From IMG/VR virus record IMGVR_UViG_3300025687_000003, positions 1-62,293 of that record: a DNA stretch of 62,293 nucleotides. One strand, 5' to 3'. This document shows, in pieces, positions 49,785-59,924 of this stretch. Both the position numbers and the translations under genes were made by a program. This stretch comes from a virus (Duplodnaviria > Caudoviricetes). Below the pieces are notes generated by a model. That model did not search any database, was not told the DNA's origin, and saw nothing but the letters and a program-made list of their open reading frames with translations. Numbering within the stretch: the first letter of the stretch is position 1; each line of letters begins with the position of its first letter.

Positions 49785-50495
49785 ATGTCTGAACGGATCC
49801 AAAGCGAAGGCCGCGTCGGCATGTCCCCGAGCAACACGTTTCCAGCCACCGATGCGCCGGGGCTCCTGCGTGAGGGGTGCGCGTGCCTCGGGCCGGAAGG
49901 GCGCCAGTTCGTTTTGTTGGGCTCCCACGGGGAGGGGTGGACTGTCGCCGACCAGTTTGGCAGCGCCTGGTGGTTCACCAATGCCCGGGTCACCATCGAC
50001 TGCGACCGCCCCGCTGCCCGCGACGTGACCGTGCGGTGGTTCGCTGAGCAGGGCCTCGACTACGGGTGGGCTCGGGACATCCCTGGTGCTCTGGTGGAGG
50101 GTGTGCGTCGGCTCAAGGCGGGGGAAGAGCCCTTGCTTGGGGTACTGGAGGGGCCGCTTGGGTGGAAGACAGATCCCCACGGCATCCACCGTCTTTCCTT
50201 TTTCGATCAAGGCAAGGCGGTCTGGATGGGCCTTGCTTTAGGGCGGCGAGACGAGCGCCAGAGCCAGTTGGGGTGGAGGGTCTACCTCTTTGTCCACCAA
50301 GAGGGCCCCGAGACCGGCGAAGAGGGCAAGCGCCTCGCTGAAGCCGCTGTGCGCCGCCGCTACTGGGTGACCGAGCCCGCGCGCTGCCTCAAGCCCATCC
50401 ACCACACGCACCACGGAGAGGTTCTGGCCAGCACCCTGTGCGTGCGCGAAGAGGAGCACGAGGGCGACTGCCTCGATGCGTTGGCGGCGCCATGA
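49785..50495 (+). CDS. Hypothetical protein
   Basis: GGAGG RBS. Confidence 0.72.
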   Translation: MSERIQSEGRVGMSPSNTFPATDAPGLLREGCACLGPEGRQFVLLGSHGEGWTVADQFGSAWWFTNARVTIDCDRPAARDVTVRWFAEQGLDYGWARDIPGALVEGVRRLKAGEEPLLGVLEGPLGWKTDPHGIHRLSFFDQGKAVWMGLALGRRDERQSQLGWRVYLFVHQEGPETGEEGKRLAEAAVRRRYWVTEPARCLKPIHHTHHGEVLASTLCVREEEHEGDCLDALAAP

Positions 50496-50866
50496 GCACC
50501 ATCAGCGACAGCATTCGCACCGTCCGCGTCGGCCGGCGCGTGTTCCACAACGTCACGCTGACCTCCGAGCCGCCGCTGTTCCTGCGCATCGAGGGCACCG
50601 AGACCTACACGGAGACGTGCGCTCGAAGCCACCTCAACCCCTACGACATCAGCGACTACACCCCCGACACCGTGCCCGAGGGCTGGCCTCGCGAGGCCCT
50701 CCCACGTTGGAATTGGCGGCGTCTGTTCGGCGCCGAGACCCGACCCGAGGCGCGCCGTAGCGTCACCCGCGAGGTCTCGCTGATCGTCAACTACCACACG
50801 TGCAACGTCCGCTTCAGCGACGGCTCGGCGTGGGCCCCACCCAAAGCCCTGGACCTGCGTTCATGA
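50492..50866 (+). CDS. Hypothetical protein
   Basis: ATGA coupling. Confidence 0.68.
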   Translation: MSTISDSIRTVRVGRRVFHNVTLTSEPPLFLRIEGTETYTETCARSHLNPYDISDYTPDTVPEGWPREALPRWNWRRLFGAETRPEARRSVTREVSLIVNYHTCNVRFSDGSAWAPPKALDLRS

Positions 50867-51144
50867 ACACCGCCCAAGACCAAGCCGCTGAGTACGCTCG
50901 CATCGAAGCCTCGGGGGGCCACGTGCTCCCCGTCGGGGCCGTGAGCCGTCTGGTAGGCGCCTTCGAAAGCATCCGCCCCGCGTGGGAGTGTCGTGGGTGC
51001 AACACACGGAGCGTAGGCTCCCGCACACCCGACACTGTAGAGAGATGGGACCCCCCTCCGGGGTGGTTCCGGGTGTGGCGGGGTTTCGCCGGCTGGTGCT
51101 GGTCCTGCCCTGACTGCAATCTGCCAGGACGCGAGGTCTTGTGA
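50863..51144 (+). CDS. Zinc-ribbon protein
   Basis: CRGC...PPGW...CPDC. Confidence 0.68.
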   Translation: MNTAQDQAAEYARIEASGGHVLPVGAVSRLVGAFESIRPAWECRGCNTRSVGSRTPDTVERWDPPPGWFRVWRGFAGWCWSCPDCNLPGREVL

Positions 51145-52874
51145 ACCAGCACATGAACTTCGTCCTTCAGGGGGCGGAGGGCGATGGCTCCCATGCCATC
51201 GACGCCCAGGACAAGGACGGCAGTCTCCGCGAAAAGTGGAACAACGTCTTCTGCAAGTCGGGGCTCTACGGGCTGCGGCCGTCCCAGGCTGCAGCGCTCG
51301 AGGCGGCGAGCCTGATCTCCGAGTTTGACGGCACGGGCCTCTTCACCTCCATGGCCGTGGGCGACGGCAAGACGCTCCTGCTCCTGCTGATCACCCAGCT
51401 CTACCCCGACGTGGAGCGCGCGCTGCTGCTGCTCGACCCCAAGCTGGTCGCCGAGTTCGAGGAAGAGAACGCGAAGTGGCGCCCGCACTTCCACCTTCTG
51501 ACACCGCAGCTGATGACCTACAGCCGCTTCTCCCACAAGGAGAGCACGGCCGCGCTGCGCGACTACGCCCCCGACCTGATCATGGCCGACGAGTGCCAGG
51601 CGTTGAAGAACGCCAAGAGCGCCCGCGGACTGCGCTTCTTCCGCTACATGAAGGAGAACCCCAACACGCGCTTCATCGCCACGACCGGCACGATCGAGGA
51701 CAAGTGCATCAGCGAGTACACGCACCTGCTGCGCTTGAGCCTGGGCCCGCTGAACTGGCTGCCCCGCCACAAGGCGGAGATGAACCGCTGGGTCTCCGTC
51801 CTGTCCAACGACGGTGAGCCTGCGAAGGAAGACGTCGCGATCTGGCGGCCCTTGGCCAAGCACTACGGCATGTCCTGGCCCCGCACGGAGGACCAACAGC
51901 GAGACGTCGCCCGACGCGCGTATCGCGAGCGCCTGAGCGCCTGCCCCGGCGTCCTGATGACGGAGGAGAGCAGCTGCACGGAGCCCCTGCGCATCCACCT
52001 GGTCAGGGACCCGGTGCCCCAGCCGCTGCACGACACCATCGTCAAGATGATGAAGGACTACGAGCTCCCCAACGGCGACGCGATCGTCGACGCCGCCGAG
52101 ATGACCCGCCACCGGCGCACCCTGGCGGTCGGGTTCTACAACCGCTGGGACTGGGACGCCGTCGACGCCGATGACGAGTGGCTCGTGGCCCGCAACGAGT
52201 GGTCCAAGGCCGTGCGAGGCTACCTGAGCTCCCACGCCCGGGAGGGGTGCGACAGCCCCGCCCTGGTCGAGGCATGGGTCGAGCGCGTGCAGCCCCGCAA
52301 CGGCCTGACCGACGCGCTCAAGGCGTGGAACGCCGTGCGCCACCTCAAGAAGCCTCCGACGATCCCCGTCTGGGTCAACTATTCGGTGCTCCAGAACCCC
52401 GTCCGATGGCTCCACGGGGAGGGCAAACGGACCCGCATCCTTTGGTACTACTCGCCGGCTGTCGGCGACGCCTTGGAGATGCTGGGCTGCACCGTCGTGC
52501 GCAAGCTGCCCAAGCCGTCGGCCCGGCGCCAGCCGCGCGTGTGCCTGCCGTTCACAGCCTTCCATCGAGGGCAGAACCTCCAGGACTACGACGAGCACAG
52601 GCTGATCGAGCCCACACCCAACGGAGCCCGCCTGGAGCAGTGGGGCGGCCGAGGCCACCGCGGGGGCAGGGACGGGGACATCGACCTGCTCCTCGACGCC
52701 CGCACCCAGAAGCAGCTGGAGACTGTCGAGACGGCGGTCGAGCGCAGCTGGGGCGCCGCCAACAGGAACCGACAGAAGCGCAAGATGTTCCTGGGGTGCA
52801 CCACCTGGACCAACCCGACGCCCTTCATCCGCGACATCATCCGACGCAGCCCTGCGTCCATCCTGGAGCCCTGA
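51141..52874 (+). CDS. SF2 (SNF2-like) helicase
   Basis: LRPSQ, VGDGKT, DECQ, TTGT, GQNLQ, EQWGGRGHR. Confidence 0.88.
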   Translation: MNQHMNFVLQGAEGDGSHAIDAQDKDGSLREKWNNVFCKSGLYGLRPSQAAALEAASLISEFDGTGLFTSMAVGDGKTLLLLLITQLYPDVERALLLLDPKLVAEFEEENAKWRPHFHLLTPQLMTYSRFSHKESTAALRDYAPDLIMADECQALKNAKSARGLRFFRYMKENPNTRFIATTGTIEDKCISEYTHLLRLSLGPLNWLPRHKAEMNRWVSVLSNDGEPAKEDVAIWRPLAKHYGMSWPRTEDQQRDVARRAYRERLSACPGVLMTEESSCTEPLRIHLVRDPVPQPLHDTIVKMMKDYELPNGDAIVDAAEMTRHRRTLAVGFYNRWDWDAVDADDEWLVARNEWSKAVRGYLSSHAREGCDSPALVEAWVERVQPRNGLTDALKAWNAVRHLKKPPTIPVWVNYSVLQNPVRWLHGEGKRTRILWYYSPAVGDALEMLGCTVVRKLPKPSARRQPRVCLPFTAFHRGQNLQDYDEHRLIEPTPNGARLEQWGGRGHRGGRDGDIDLLLDARTQKQLETVETAVERSWGAANRNRQKRKMFLGCTTWTNPTPFIRDIIRRSPASILEP

Positions 52875-53278
52875 TGCCCTTTCTCTCCGCCGAGAGCCTG
52901 CCCGAGGCCTTGACCTGGGTCCGCCTGACCGAACACAACGAGCTCGCCGAGGAGTCCTGGCATCGCTGGATGCTCCTGACGGACGACGAGATCAACCGGC
53001 TCGCCGACCACTTCACGGACAACGAGCCCTGGCTCGACCCCTTCGACATGGAGCGCTTCGACAGCATGACCCGCGCCGACGTCGAGGACCTGGTCGTTTC
53101 GGCCAAGGCGGACTTCAACTCCGACCGGCCGCGCCACACCGTCGACCGCGTCGAGCACGCCATCGTCGAGAACGCGGACGTCTCGGGGCTGTGCCAGGAG
53201 CACAAGGGTGCGCTGGAAGCAGCGCTCTACCGCGACGGCATCATGGACTTCGCCCGCGAAGCATCGGAGGCAGCGTGA
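52874..53278 (+). CDS. Acidic hypothetical protein
   Basis: GGAG RBS, TGATG coupling. Confidence 0.7.
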   Translation: MPFLSAESLPEALTWVRLTEHNELAEESWHRWMLLTDDEINRLADHFTDNEPWLDPFDMERFDSMTRADVEDLVVSAKADFNSDRPRHTVDRVEHAIVENADVSGLCQEHKGALEAALYRDGIMDFAREASEAA

Positions 53279-53775
53279 AGCAAGACGAGATCGACCTGGC
53301 CAAGGCCTTGCTCTCGCACCCCGGCTACCCGTCGGTGCACCGACAGCCGGGGGAGCGGCCGTTCGTTTGCCCCTCCATGGCCCGGGGCGACATGCACGAG
53401 AAGCGCTGCGAGAGCATCTCCGAGAAGTGGGAGGACCGAGGCTGGCTCGACGGCGTCGGCAACCGCGGCGAGCTCTCCGGCCTGACTGACAAGGGGCGGG
53501 CCGAGATGCCTGCCGCCATCATCGAGGCCGAGCGGATCTTGGCGCGGGGGCAGCTGCGCGACGCCGTTGACGCCCTGACGAAGACTCCCGCCGGCAAGGC
53601 GCTGCTCTACAACCTGCCGGCGGTGCTGCAGGCGCTCCACGAAGACGTGGCCCAGGCCCACGCCGACGGCCTCAACGCCACGTGCCTGCGTGCGGACTTC
53701 GACGCTACGAACACCTTGGTCCGGGACACCGTCGTCCCCGCCATCGACGCCCTGGTCGCTGCGGAGGACGCATGA
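53275..53775 (+). CDS. Hypothetical protein
   Basis: GGAGG RBS. Confidence 0.7.
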   Translation: MKQDEIDLAKALLSHPGYPSVHRQPGERPFVCPSMARGDMHEKRCESISEKWEDRGWLDGVGNRGELSGLTDKGRAEMPAAIIEAERILARGQLRDAVDALTKTPAGKALLYNLPAVLQALHEDVAQAHADGLNATCLRADFDATNTLVRDTVVPAIDALVAAEDA

Positions 53776-54509
53776 TCGTCGCCGTCACCGCCGTCGGCGG
53801 GGCCTCCGTCAACGTCCGCCTGGCCCTGTTCCCCGGCACCTACGAAGTCGTCGCCGTCAACGACAAGGCCGCGGTCCTGACCTCCGCGGGCGCGGGCGCG
53901 CCGAGCTACGCCGCGGCCGCAGGAGTCGCAGTCCCCCTCGCCGCCATCGAGAAGGCCCTGCGCGCCGCGCTCCGCAACGACTGGATGACCCCCGCGGGGG
54001 TCCTCGCCGGCGCCCTGGACTTCCTGGGCATCGAGCGCTTCGACCTGGACTTGGCTGGGCCTGCCGAGCCGGGGCCCGGCTACTGCGTCCCGTGCGACCA
54101 CATCATCGACGAGGACATCGACGCCCTGTCGTTCGACTGGCCCGCGGGCAAGCACTGGCAGAACTTCCCCTTCGGAGGGGAGCGAGGCCACAAGGACCGC
54201 TGGGCCGACTACGCCATCGCCCAGGTGGAGAAGAACCCCGCCCTGGTCGTGGCGTTCTACGGCCCGTACTACGGCGATGCCTGGTGCGGCCGCCTGGACG
54301 CTGCGTCCCGCGGCCTGAGCTGGGGGAACTTCCCCCGAGTCCATCACCTGCCCCCGCTGGGGCTGAAGGCCTCGAGCCCCCAGCAGCACGCCCACAAGAC
54401 GTGGATCCTGGCCGGCGCCGCCGCCCGGGAGCGCCTACCGAAGACCGTCCCCGGAGCCTGGGACTGGCGCGAGCAGGCATGGATCACCCCACCAACGGAG
54501 TCCCCGTGA
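53772..54509 (+). CDS. Hypothetical protein
   Basis: GGAGG RBS. Confidence 0.7.
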   Translation: MIVAVTAVGGASVNVRLALFPGTYEVVAVNDKAAVLTSAGAGAPSYAAAAGVAVPLAAIEKALRAALRNDWMTPAGVLAGALDFLGIERFDLDLAGPAEPGPGYCVPCDHIIDEDIDALSFDWPAGKHWQNFPFGGERGHKDRWADYAIAQVEKNPALVVAFYGPYYGDAWCGRLDAASRGLSWGNFPRVHHLPPLGLKASSPQQHAHKTWILAGAAARERLPKTVPGAWDWREQAWITPPTESP

Positions 54510-55018
54510 CTGAGACCCTCGACAAGCTGTACCTGGAGATCGCCCCCATCACCCAAGCCCGCTCGCAGCGGGATCTCGAGCTCTTCCACGCCATGGACGC
54601 GGCGCTGCACACGTGGGAGGAGGGCGGCGACATGCACACCGCCATGGACAACCTGCGAGACGTCCTCCACCGCCACGCCATCCCCGTCGCCGGGAACCTG
54701 CTGACGTCGCCGGAGCCGCCCGCCCCCGCGTCGGCCCAGCTGCCGTTGGGCCTGCCCCCCGCGGAGGGGTCGGGCCCAGGCCTGGACTTCGAGCGGGGCC
54801 CCCGCCAGGGCCACGCGAAGGACCTCTACGGAGACTCCTTCGCCCTCGTCGAGGGCTCCGAGAACACCGAAGACGGCGGCCCCACGCTGTGGCTGGGTGC
54901 ACACCGCCCCGGAGACCCTCGCGTGGCGAAGTCCTTGTTCTCTCGTAGGCAGGTCGGCGACCTCGTCCGAGAGCTCCAGGGGTGGCTGCAGACCGGCCGG
55001 CTCCCGGAGGGCGCATGA
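54506..55018 (+). CDS. Hypothetical protein
   Basis: GGAG RBS; LDKLYLE motif. Confidence 0.7.
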   Translation: MTETLDKLYLEIAPITQARSQRDLELFHAMDAALHTWEEGGDMHTAMDNLRDVLHRHAIPVAGNLLTSPEPPAPASAQLPLGLPPAEGSGPGLDFERGPRQGHAKDLYGDSFALVEGSENTEDGGPTLWLGAHRPGDPRVAKSLFSRRQVGDLVRELQGWLQTGRLPEGA

Positions 55019-55296
55019 CTGCCGGCGAACGCCTGTACCAGGTCTACGCCAGGGACCTCCCCGAGCTCCCCTTGTGGCTCTCCGTCCCGTTCGTGGAGCG
55101 CCAGCGCTGGGAGCGTGTGGCCGTCGAGGCCGGCATGCTCGCCGAGCGTGAGCGCGTCGAGGCGTTCGACGCAGGCGTGCGCGAGGGCTTCGATGACGCC
55201 GCCTCCGCCCTCGACGACTTCGTCGAGTACAACCCCGAGGGGTCCATCGTGGCCGACGCCCTGCGCGCGGCGCGACCGGCCCCTCTCGCGATCTGA
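55015..55296 (+). CDS. Hypothetical protein
   Basis: GGAGG RBS. Confidence 0.7.
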   Translation: MTAGERLYQVYARDLPELPLWLSVPFVERQRWERVAVEAGMLAERERVEAFDAGVREGFDDAASALDDFVEYNPEGSIVADALRAARPAPLAI

Positions 55297-55304
55297 TCGT
55301 CTCC

Positions 55305-55334
55305 TTGCACGGCCCGGCCTCTCCGGGGTACGTG
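55305..55334 (+). promoter_or_regulatory. Sigma70-like promoter
   Basis: TTGCAC-N18-TACGTG, intergenic. Confidence 0.45.
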
Positions 55335-55389
55335 TTTCACGCCGCAAGGCATTCCAACGACCCAAAGAACCAAGACATAGGAGGAGCCC

Positions 55390-55917
55390 ATGGGACTCCG
55401 TGACACCCTGAAGAACAACCAAGGCAAGGCCGGAGCCGACGAGCAGGACTACCTGGAGCACCTGCGCCTGGGCAAGTACCGCTTGGAGCTGCAGACCGTC
55501 GTCGACGGCGAGTACGGCGACCACAAGGGCGCCAAGGCTGGCATGGCCTACAACATCACCGAGTGGAAGGTCATCGAAGTCCTCCGCAAGGACTCCGGCG
55601 ACGAGCACTGGCAGACGGGCGAGCCCTGGGAGAGCAACGAGGCCGGCACGCTGGCCAAGGTGTTCATCGAGCTGCAGACCAACGCCAAGGGCTACACCAC
55701 CCGCGGCAAGAACGACCTCAAGCGCCTGAAGCGCGTCGGCGCCGCCGTCATGTCCAGCGACCTGGGCGAGCCCATCGCCCCGCAGGACCTGGACGACGAC
55801 CAGATCGCCGACTGGGCCGAGAGCGGTGACGAGTACGGCGGCACGCAGGTCATCTTGGACCTCACGCAGGGCAAGAACTACACCGAGATCCGCGCCTTCG
55901 CGGTCTCCTCGGACTGA
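55390..55917 (+). CDS. Putative ssDNA-binding (OB-fold-like) protein
   Basis: Strong AGGAGG RBS, acidic, G.Y beta pattern, precedes PolA. Confidence 0.5.
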   Translation: MGLRDTLKNNQGKAGADEQDYLEHLRLGKYRLELQTVVDGEYGDHKGAKAGMAYNITEWKVIEVLRKDSGDEHWQTGEPWESNEAGTLAKVFIELQTNAKGYTTRGKNDLKRLKRVGAAVMSSDLGEPIAPQDLDDDQIADWAESGDEYGGTQVILDLTQGKNYTEIRAFAVSSD

Positions 55918-55925
55918 TCTTCATC

Positions 55926-55950
55926 GGAGCCCGGCCTTGCGCCGGGCTCC
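55926..55950 (+). terminator. GC hairpin after the SSB-like gene
   Basis: GGAGCCCGGC-N5-GCCGGGCTCC; no U-tract. Confidence 0.45.
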
Positions 55951-55981
55951 ACAGCCCGGAGGCACTGTGCCCCTTCTGCCC

Positions 55982-58258
55982 ATGCCCCTCATCGTGGGCA
56001 AGGACTACGAGACGTTCCTGATCCGCCCGGACTTGCAAAGGCCTCCCCCGGTCTGCGTGAGCTACGCCGGCTCCGACAAGGAGCTGCACATCCTGAAGCG
56101 CCTGGAGTCCGTCGCCGGCGCCCTCCCCCTCGGCTTTCGAACCGAGCGCTTCGACCGCCTGCCGGTGCCGGGAGGCACCCGGCGCATGAGCCACGGCACG
56201 TCCTGGAAGATCGTCGCCGACCCGCGCACCGCCCACATCTGGATCGACGACCCCGAGTTCCGCGCCAGCGCGGTGTGGGTCGCGCACAACCTGCCGTACG
56301 AGGTCGGCGTCCTCCTCGAAGACGCGGGACGCTGGGACCTGCTGGCCGAGCTGATGGAGCCCGGCAACCTGCGGTGCACCGGCATCCGCGAGATGCTGAT
56401 CGCCATCGCCAACGACTTCCACTACTACGACCCGCGCCTCAAGAGGAAGGGCCACGGCAGCTACAGCCTGGCAGACATCGTCAAGCTGCGCTTCGGCGTC
56501 GACCTGTCCGCCGACAAGAAGAACCCGGACAGCTGGCGCCTGCGCTACTCCGAGTTGCACAACGTCCCGATCCAGGACTACCCGGACGAGGCCTACCACT
56601 ACAGCGCGGACGACAGCGTCTGGGCGCGCGAGGCCGCCATCGACCAGGCCCGCGACACCTACCGCCTGCAGACCAACGCCGGGTCGATGCTGGCGGACCC
56701 CGACAAGGATCCCTTCACCTTCGCCAACGAGTACCTGCAGCTGCTGGCAGACCAGGGCCTGGCGCGCTGCCAAATCGACGCCCCGACCGTCGACCCGGAG
56801 CAGGTCGACCGCTACGAGGACAGCATCCGCGACGACGCCATGCGCTGCATCGAGGCGTCCCGTCGGGGCGGCTGGAGCAAGCACGGCAACTGCCGAACCT
56901 GCGAGGGGTCTGGGGCCATCTGGGAGGAGGGCACGCCCATCGCCGACATGCGTGCCTGCGAGCTGTGCCACGGCACCGGCGAGAACGCCGCCGATCGCCC
57001 GCGGCCGAAGTCCTGGTCGCAGACCATCAAGAAGCGCAAGGTCGCGCGCATCACCGAGGCGTACGAGGGCGCCCCTCCGACCACGGACAGGGGCAACGTC
57101 CGCGAGACCGTCGAGATTTGCGAGGCCAGCGGCGACCCCGTGCTCGTGGAGTGGGCGGCCGGCGCCAAGGCGAAGAAGCAGCTCGAGCGGCAGATCCCCC
57201 TGCTCCGCGAGGGCATCGCCAACGGGGGGCGCGTGGTCTCTCGCTTCCCTGTGCTCGGGGCGCGGACCGGGCGCCCTACGTCGAAGGGCCCGAACATGTA
57301 CAACCCCGACCGCAAGGGCCTCTTCAGGAGCTGCTTCGTGGCGCGGCCGGGCAACGTCATCGGCTCCGTCGACTGGACCACCCTGGAGCTCTACCCCTGG
57401 GCCCAGGTCTGCATGGACTGGTTCGGGTACTCCACGACCGCGGACCGCCTGAACGCCGGCATCGACCTGCACAGCCGCATGGGCGTCAGCGTCCTCGACC
57501 GCTTCTGGGGTCGCTCCGTCACGTACGACCAGTTCATGGAGCTGCGCGCGGCAGGAGACAAGGACGTCAAGAACGCCCGGCAGATGGCCAAGGTCCCGAA
57601 CTTCGGCTGCCCCGGAGGAATGAGCAACCCGGTCACGCTGAAGGAGTACGCCTGGCAGAACTATCGCCTGGAGCTCACCGTCATGCAGTGCTCCGGTCTG
57701 ATCGAGCTGTGGCAGTCCGAGCTCGCCGAGGCGAAGCCCTGGCTCAAGCGCATCGGCCAGATGCAGCGCGCGGAGGGCGGCAACGGCTTCACCGTCCGCC
57801 TGCCGTCCGGCCGGATCCGCGGCGGCTGCCGCTTCACCAGCGGCGCCAACACCCTGTTCCAGGGCCCGGCCAGTGACTTCGCCAAGACCACGCTGTGGGA
57901 GCTGGTGAAGGCCATGCTGTGCGACCCGACGTCGCCCCTGTTCGGGGTCAAGGTGTGGCTCTTCGTCTACGACGAGTTCCTGTTCGAGGGCCCAGCCGAG
58001 ACGGTGGACCAGTGGATCCCGGCGGCCCAGGAGTTGATGCTCAAGTGGGCGAAGTTCTACTTCCCGGACGTGCACAGCTCGCTGACCACCGAGGCCGGCG
58101 TCAGCGTGCGCTGGGACAAAGAGGCCGAGCGTCTGCTCGACGCCAACGGGCGGCTGATCCCCACCGAGTTCCAGGACGTGGAGCGCGTGGCCCAGCTGCC
58201 GAAGGCATGGCTCGACGCCATGCCCGACCACTACCTGGACTACCTGGAGGTCTCGTGA
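55982..58258 (+). CDS. polA: Family A DNA polymerase with 3'-5' exonuclease
   Basis: DYET, AHNLPYE, YSADD exonuclease motifs; RTGR, DWTTLE, R..AKVPNFG, NTLFQG, YDE. Confidence 0.93.
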   Translation: MPLIVGKDYETFLIRPDLQRPPPVCVSYAGSDKELHILKRLESVAGALPLGFRTERFDRLPVPGGTRRMSHGTSWKIVADPRTAHIWIDDPEFRASAVWVAHNLPYEVGVLLEDAGRWDLLAELMEPGNLRCTGIREMLIAIANDFHYYDPRLKRKGHGSYSLADIVKLRFGVDLSADKKNPDSWRLRYSELHNVPIQDYPDEAYHYSADDSVWAREAAIDQARDTYRLQTNAGSMLADPDKDPFTFANEYLQLLADQGLARCQIDAPTVDPEQVDRYEDSIRDDAMRCIEASRRGGWSKHGNCRTCEGSGAIWEEGTPIADMRACELCHGTGENAADRPRPKSWSQTIKKRKVARITEAYEGAPPTTDRGNVRETVEICEASGDPVLVEWAAGAKAKKQLERQIPLLREGIANGGRVVSRFPVLGARTGRPTSKGPNMYNPDRKGLFRSCFVARPGNVIGSVDWTTLELYPWAQVCMDWFGYSTTADRLNAGIDLHSRMGVSVLDRFWGRSVTYDQFMELRAAGDKDVKNARQMAKVPNFGCPGGMSNPVTLKEYAWQNYRLELTVMQCSGLIELWQSELAEAKPWLKRIGQMQRAEGGNGFTVRLPSGRIRGGCRFTSGANTLFQGPASDFAKTTLWELVKAMLCDPTSPLFGVKVWLFVYDEFLFEGPAETVDQWIPAAQELMLKWAKFYFPDVHSSLTTEAGVSVRWDKEAERLLDANGRLIPTEFQDVERVAQLPKAWLDAMPDHYLDYLEVS

Positions 58259-58542
58259 ACAGAAGGAGGCGCGCCTTCGTCATCATTGGCGACGCCATGC
58301 TCCCGACCCGCGTGGTCTGGGTCCAGCCCACGTCGGGATCCTTCGTCCCCGTGCCTTGCGACCCGAGCCCCCAGCCGCCGGCCCTGGCCGAGGCACAGGG
58401 CCGCGTCCTCGCGCTCGAGGACGCGGTCGAGGGCCTGCACAAGAAGCTCAAGCTGGAGGCCGACCGGCGTCTGGAGAACGAGGCGCTGATCGCCACGCTC
58501 CGCCGCCGCAATCGCATCCTGCGCAACGAAGAGAGGGACTGA
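58255..58542 (+). CDS. Coiled-coil hypothetical protein
   Basis: GGAGG RBS. Confidence 0.65.
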   Translation: MNRRRRAFVIIGDAMLPTRVVWVQPTSGSFVPVPCDPSPQPPALAEAQGRVLALEDAVEGLHKKLKLEADRRLENEALIATLRRRNRILRNEERD

Positions 58543-58748
58543 TGCCTGCCAAGACGAAGACAACGCAGCATCGCGCTCGGCTGCGGCACACGTGCTCTCT
58601 GTGCGACTTCCCCATCCGCCTCGGCAGGTTCTACGTCCGCTGGCGGTGGTTCGGGCCAGACGGCCCTGTCACGGTCAAGGCGCACCCCTACTGCGACGAC
58701 AGGGCCCGAGAGAAGGACTGGCACTACGACACCGAGGGGCCGTTCTGA
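58542..58748 (+). CDS. Small zinc-finger protein
   Basis: AR..H.C..C...I..G..Y...H..C. Confidence 0.72.
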   Translation: MPAKTKTTQHRARLRHTCSLCDFPIRLGRFYVRWRWFGPDGPVTVKAHPYCDDRAREKDWHYDTEGPF

Positions 58749-59008
58749 TGGGCCTCCGCAAGTCGCTGAAGCAGACCCCGCGCACCGCAGAGGACGACGT
58801 TCGGGAGATCGTGACGAAGCACCCCGGACGCTGTCAGTGCAACAGCCAGTTCGGCGTCGGGTCGACCGTGCGTTGGTCCCCCCAGCGCGGCGTGGTCGGC
58901 TGCGCCAGCTGCGGGGGCGTGACGTGGGAGGACATCGGCGAACGTCCGGACGACCCCTGGGGCCTCTCCGACATGTCCTACTACTCCTTCCACAACGAGT
59001 TCGACTGA
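58748..59008 (+). CDS. Small zinc-finger protein
   Basis: KHPGRCQC...G..V.W...CASC. Confidence 0.7.
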   Translation: MGLRKSLKQTPRTAEDDVREIVTKHPGRCQCNSQFGVGSTVRWSPQRGVVGCASCGGVTWEDIGERPDDPWGLSDMSYYSFHNEFD

Positions 59009-59511
59009 TGCCCTCCATCAAGCCCCCGACGCCCAAGGCCCCGTCCGGACTCCTGGCCATGGACCCCGGCGCCAAGAAGGTCGGCATCGCCATCTTCCAG
59101 GACGCCCTCCTGATCGACGCAGGCACGGTCACCGCCGGCTCCGACGCTGCCACGGAGCGCGCTGTTCGCACGTGGCTCAAGGCCCGGGGCTACAGCTGGG
59201 GCAGCTTCACGACCACGGTCTGCGAGCGCATGCACCTGCGCCCCGGCAAGACCAAGTACGACGCCGACCTCAAGCGCGTGGAGCGCACCAGGCGCAGGTT
59301 CAAGTGGACCCGCACCTACAACCCCACGCAGTGGAAGGGCAGCCTCAACAAGACGGTGCACCACCGCCGCTGCCGCGACGTCCTGACGCCGGCCGAGCGC
59401 CTGCTGTGGGACACCTTGAGCCACGACGCCCGCGATGCTGTGGGCATCGGGCTCTTCGACCTGAAGCGCATCAAGCGCGGCGGCCTGCCGGGCCGGAGGA
59501 GTGTTCTGTGA
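59008..59511 (+). CDS. RuvC-like Holliday junction resolvase
   Basis: LAMDPG..VGIA, VCE, WKG, HDARDAVGIG. Confidence 0.85.
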   Translation: MPSIKPPTPKAPSGLLAMDPGAKKVGIAIFQDALLIDAGTVTAGSDAATERAVRTWLKARGYSWGSFTTTVCERMHLRPGKTKYDADLKRVERTRRRFKWTRTYNPTQWKGSLNKTVHHRRCRDVLTPAERLLWDTLSHDARDAVGIGLFDLKRIKRGGLPGRRSVL

Positions 59512-59924
59512 TCGACGAAGCGAAGGCGAGAGAGTTGGGACTGCGGGCGATGGCCTGCAAGGGCTGGACGTGGACGATGCCGTGGTGCAGCCTGCCCGAC
59601 AAGCACGGCCGGGTGTGGCGCCGGAACTGGTGCCCGCAGGATTCGGGCTTCGGCTGGACGCAACTGCGCGGGCGCAGGCTTCGAGAGCCTCGCGACTCAG
59701 AGAACTGCTGCCCCGACTTCCGCGACCCCGCATCCTTGGGCTGCCTGTTGGCGCTGGTGCTGGAAGCCCACCCGGGATGCCGCATCACGCTGGGCCATGA
59801 GGTGGAGTCGATGCGAGGGCAGGGCAGCGTCTGCTACGAGGGAGTCGATGGGCGCTGGCACCGCACCAAGCCGGGGCTGTCCCTTGTTGAGGCCCTGGTC
59901 GCCGCGCTCGAGCAGGCGCCGTGA
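59508..59924 (+). CDS. Phage hypothetical protein
   Basis: AGGAG RBS; PDFRDPASLGCLLALV motif. Confidence 0.72.
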   Translation: MIDEAKARELGLRAMACKGWTWTMPWCSLPDKHGRVWRRNWCPQDSGFGWTQLRGRRLREPRDSENCCPDFRDPASLGCLLALVLEAHPGCRITLGHEVESMRGQGSVCYEGVDGRWHRTKPGLSLVEALVAALEQAP

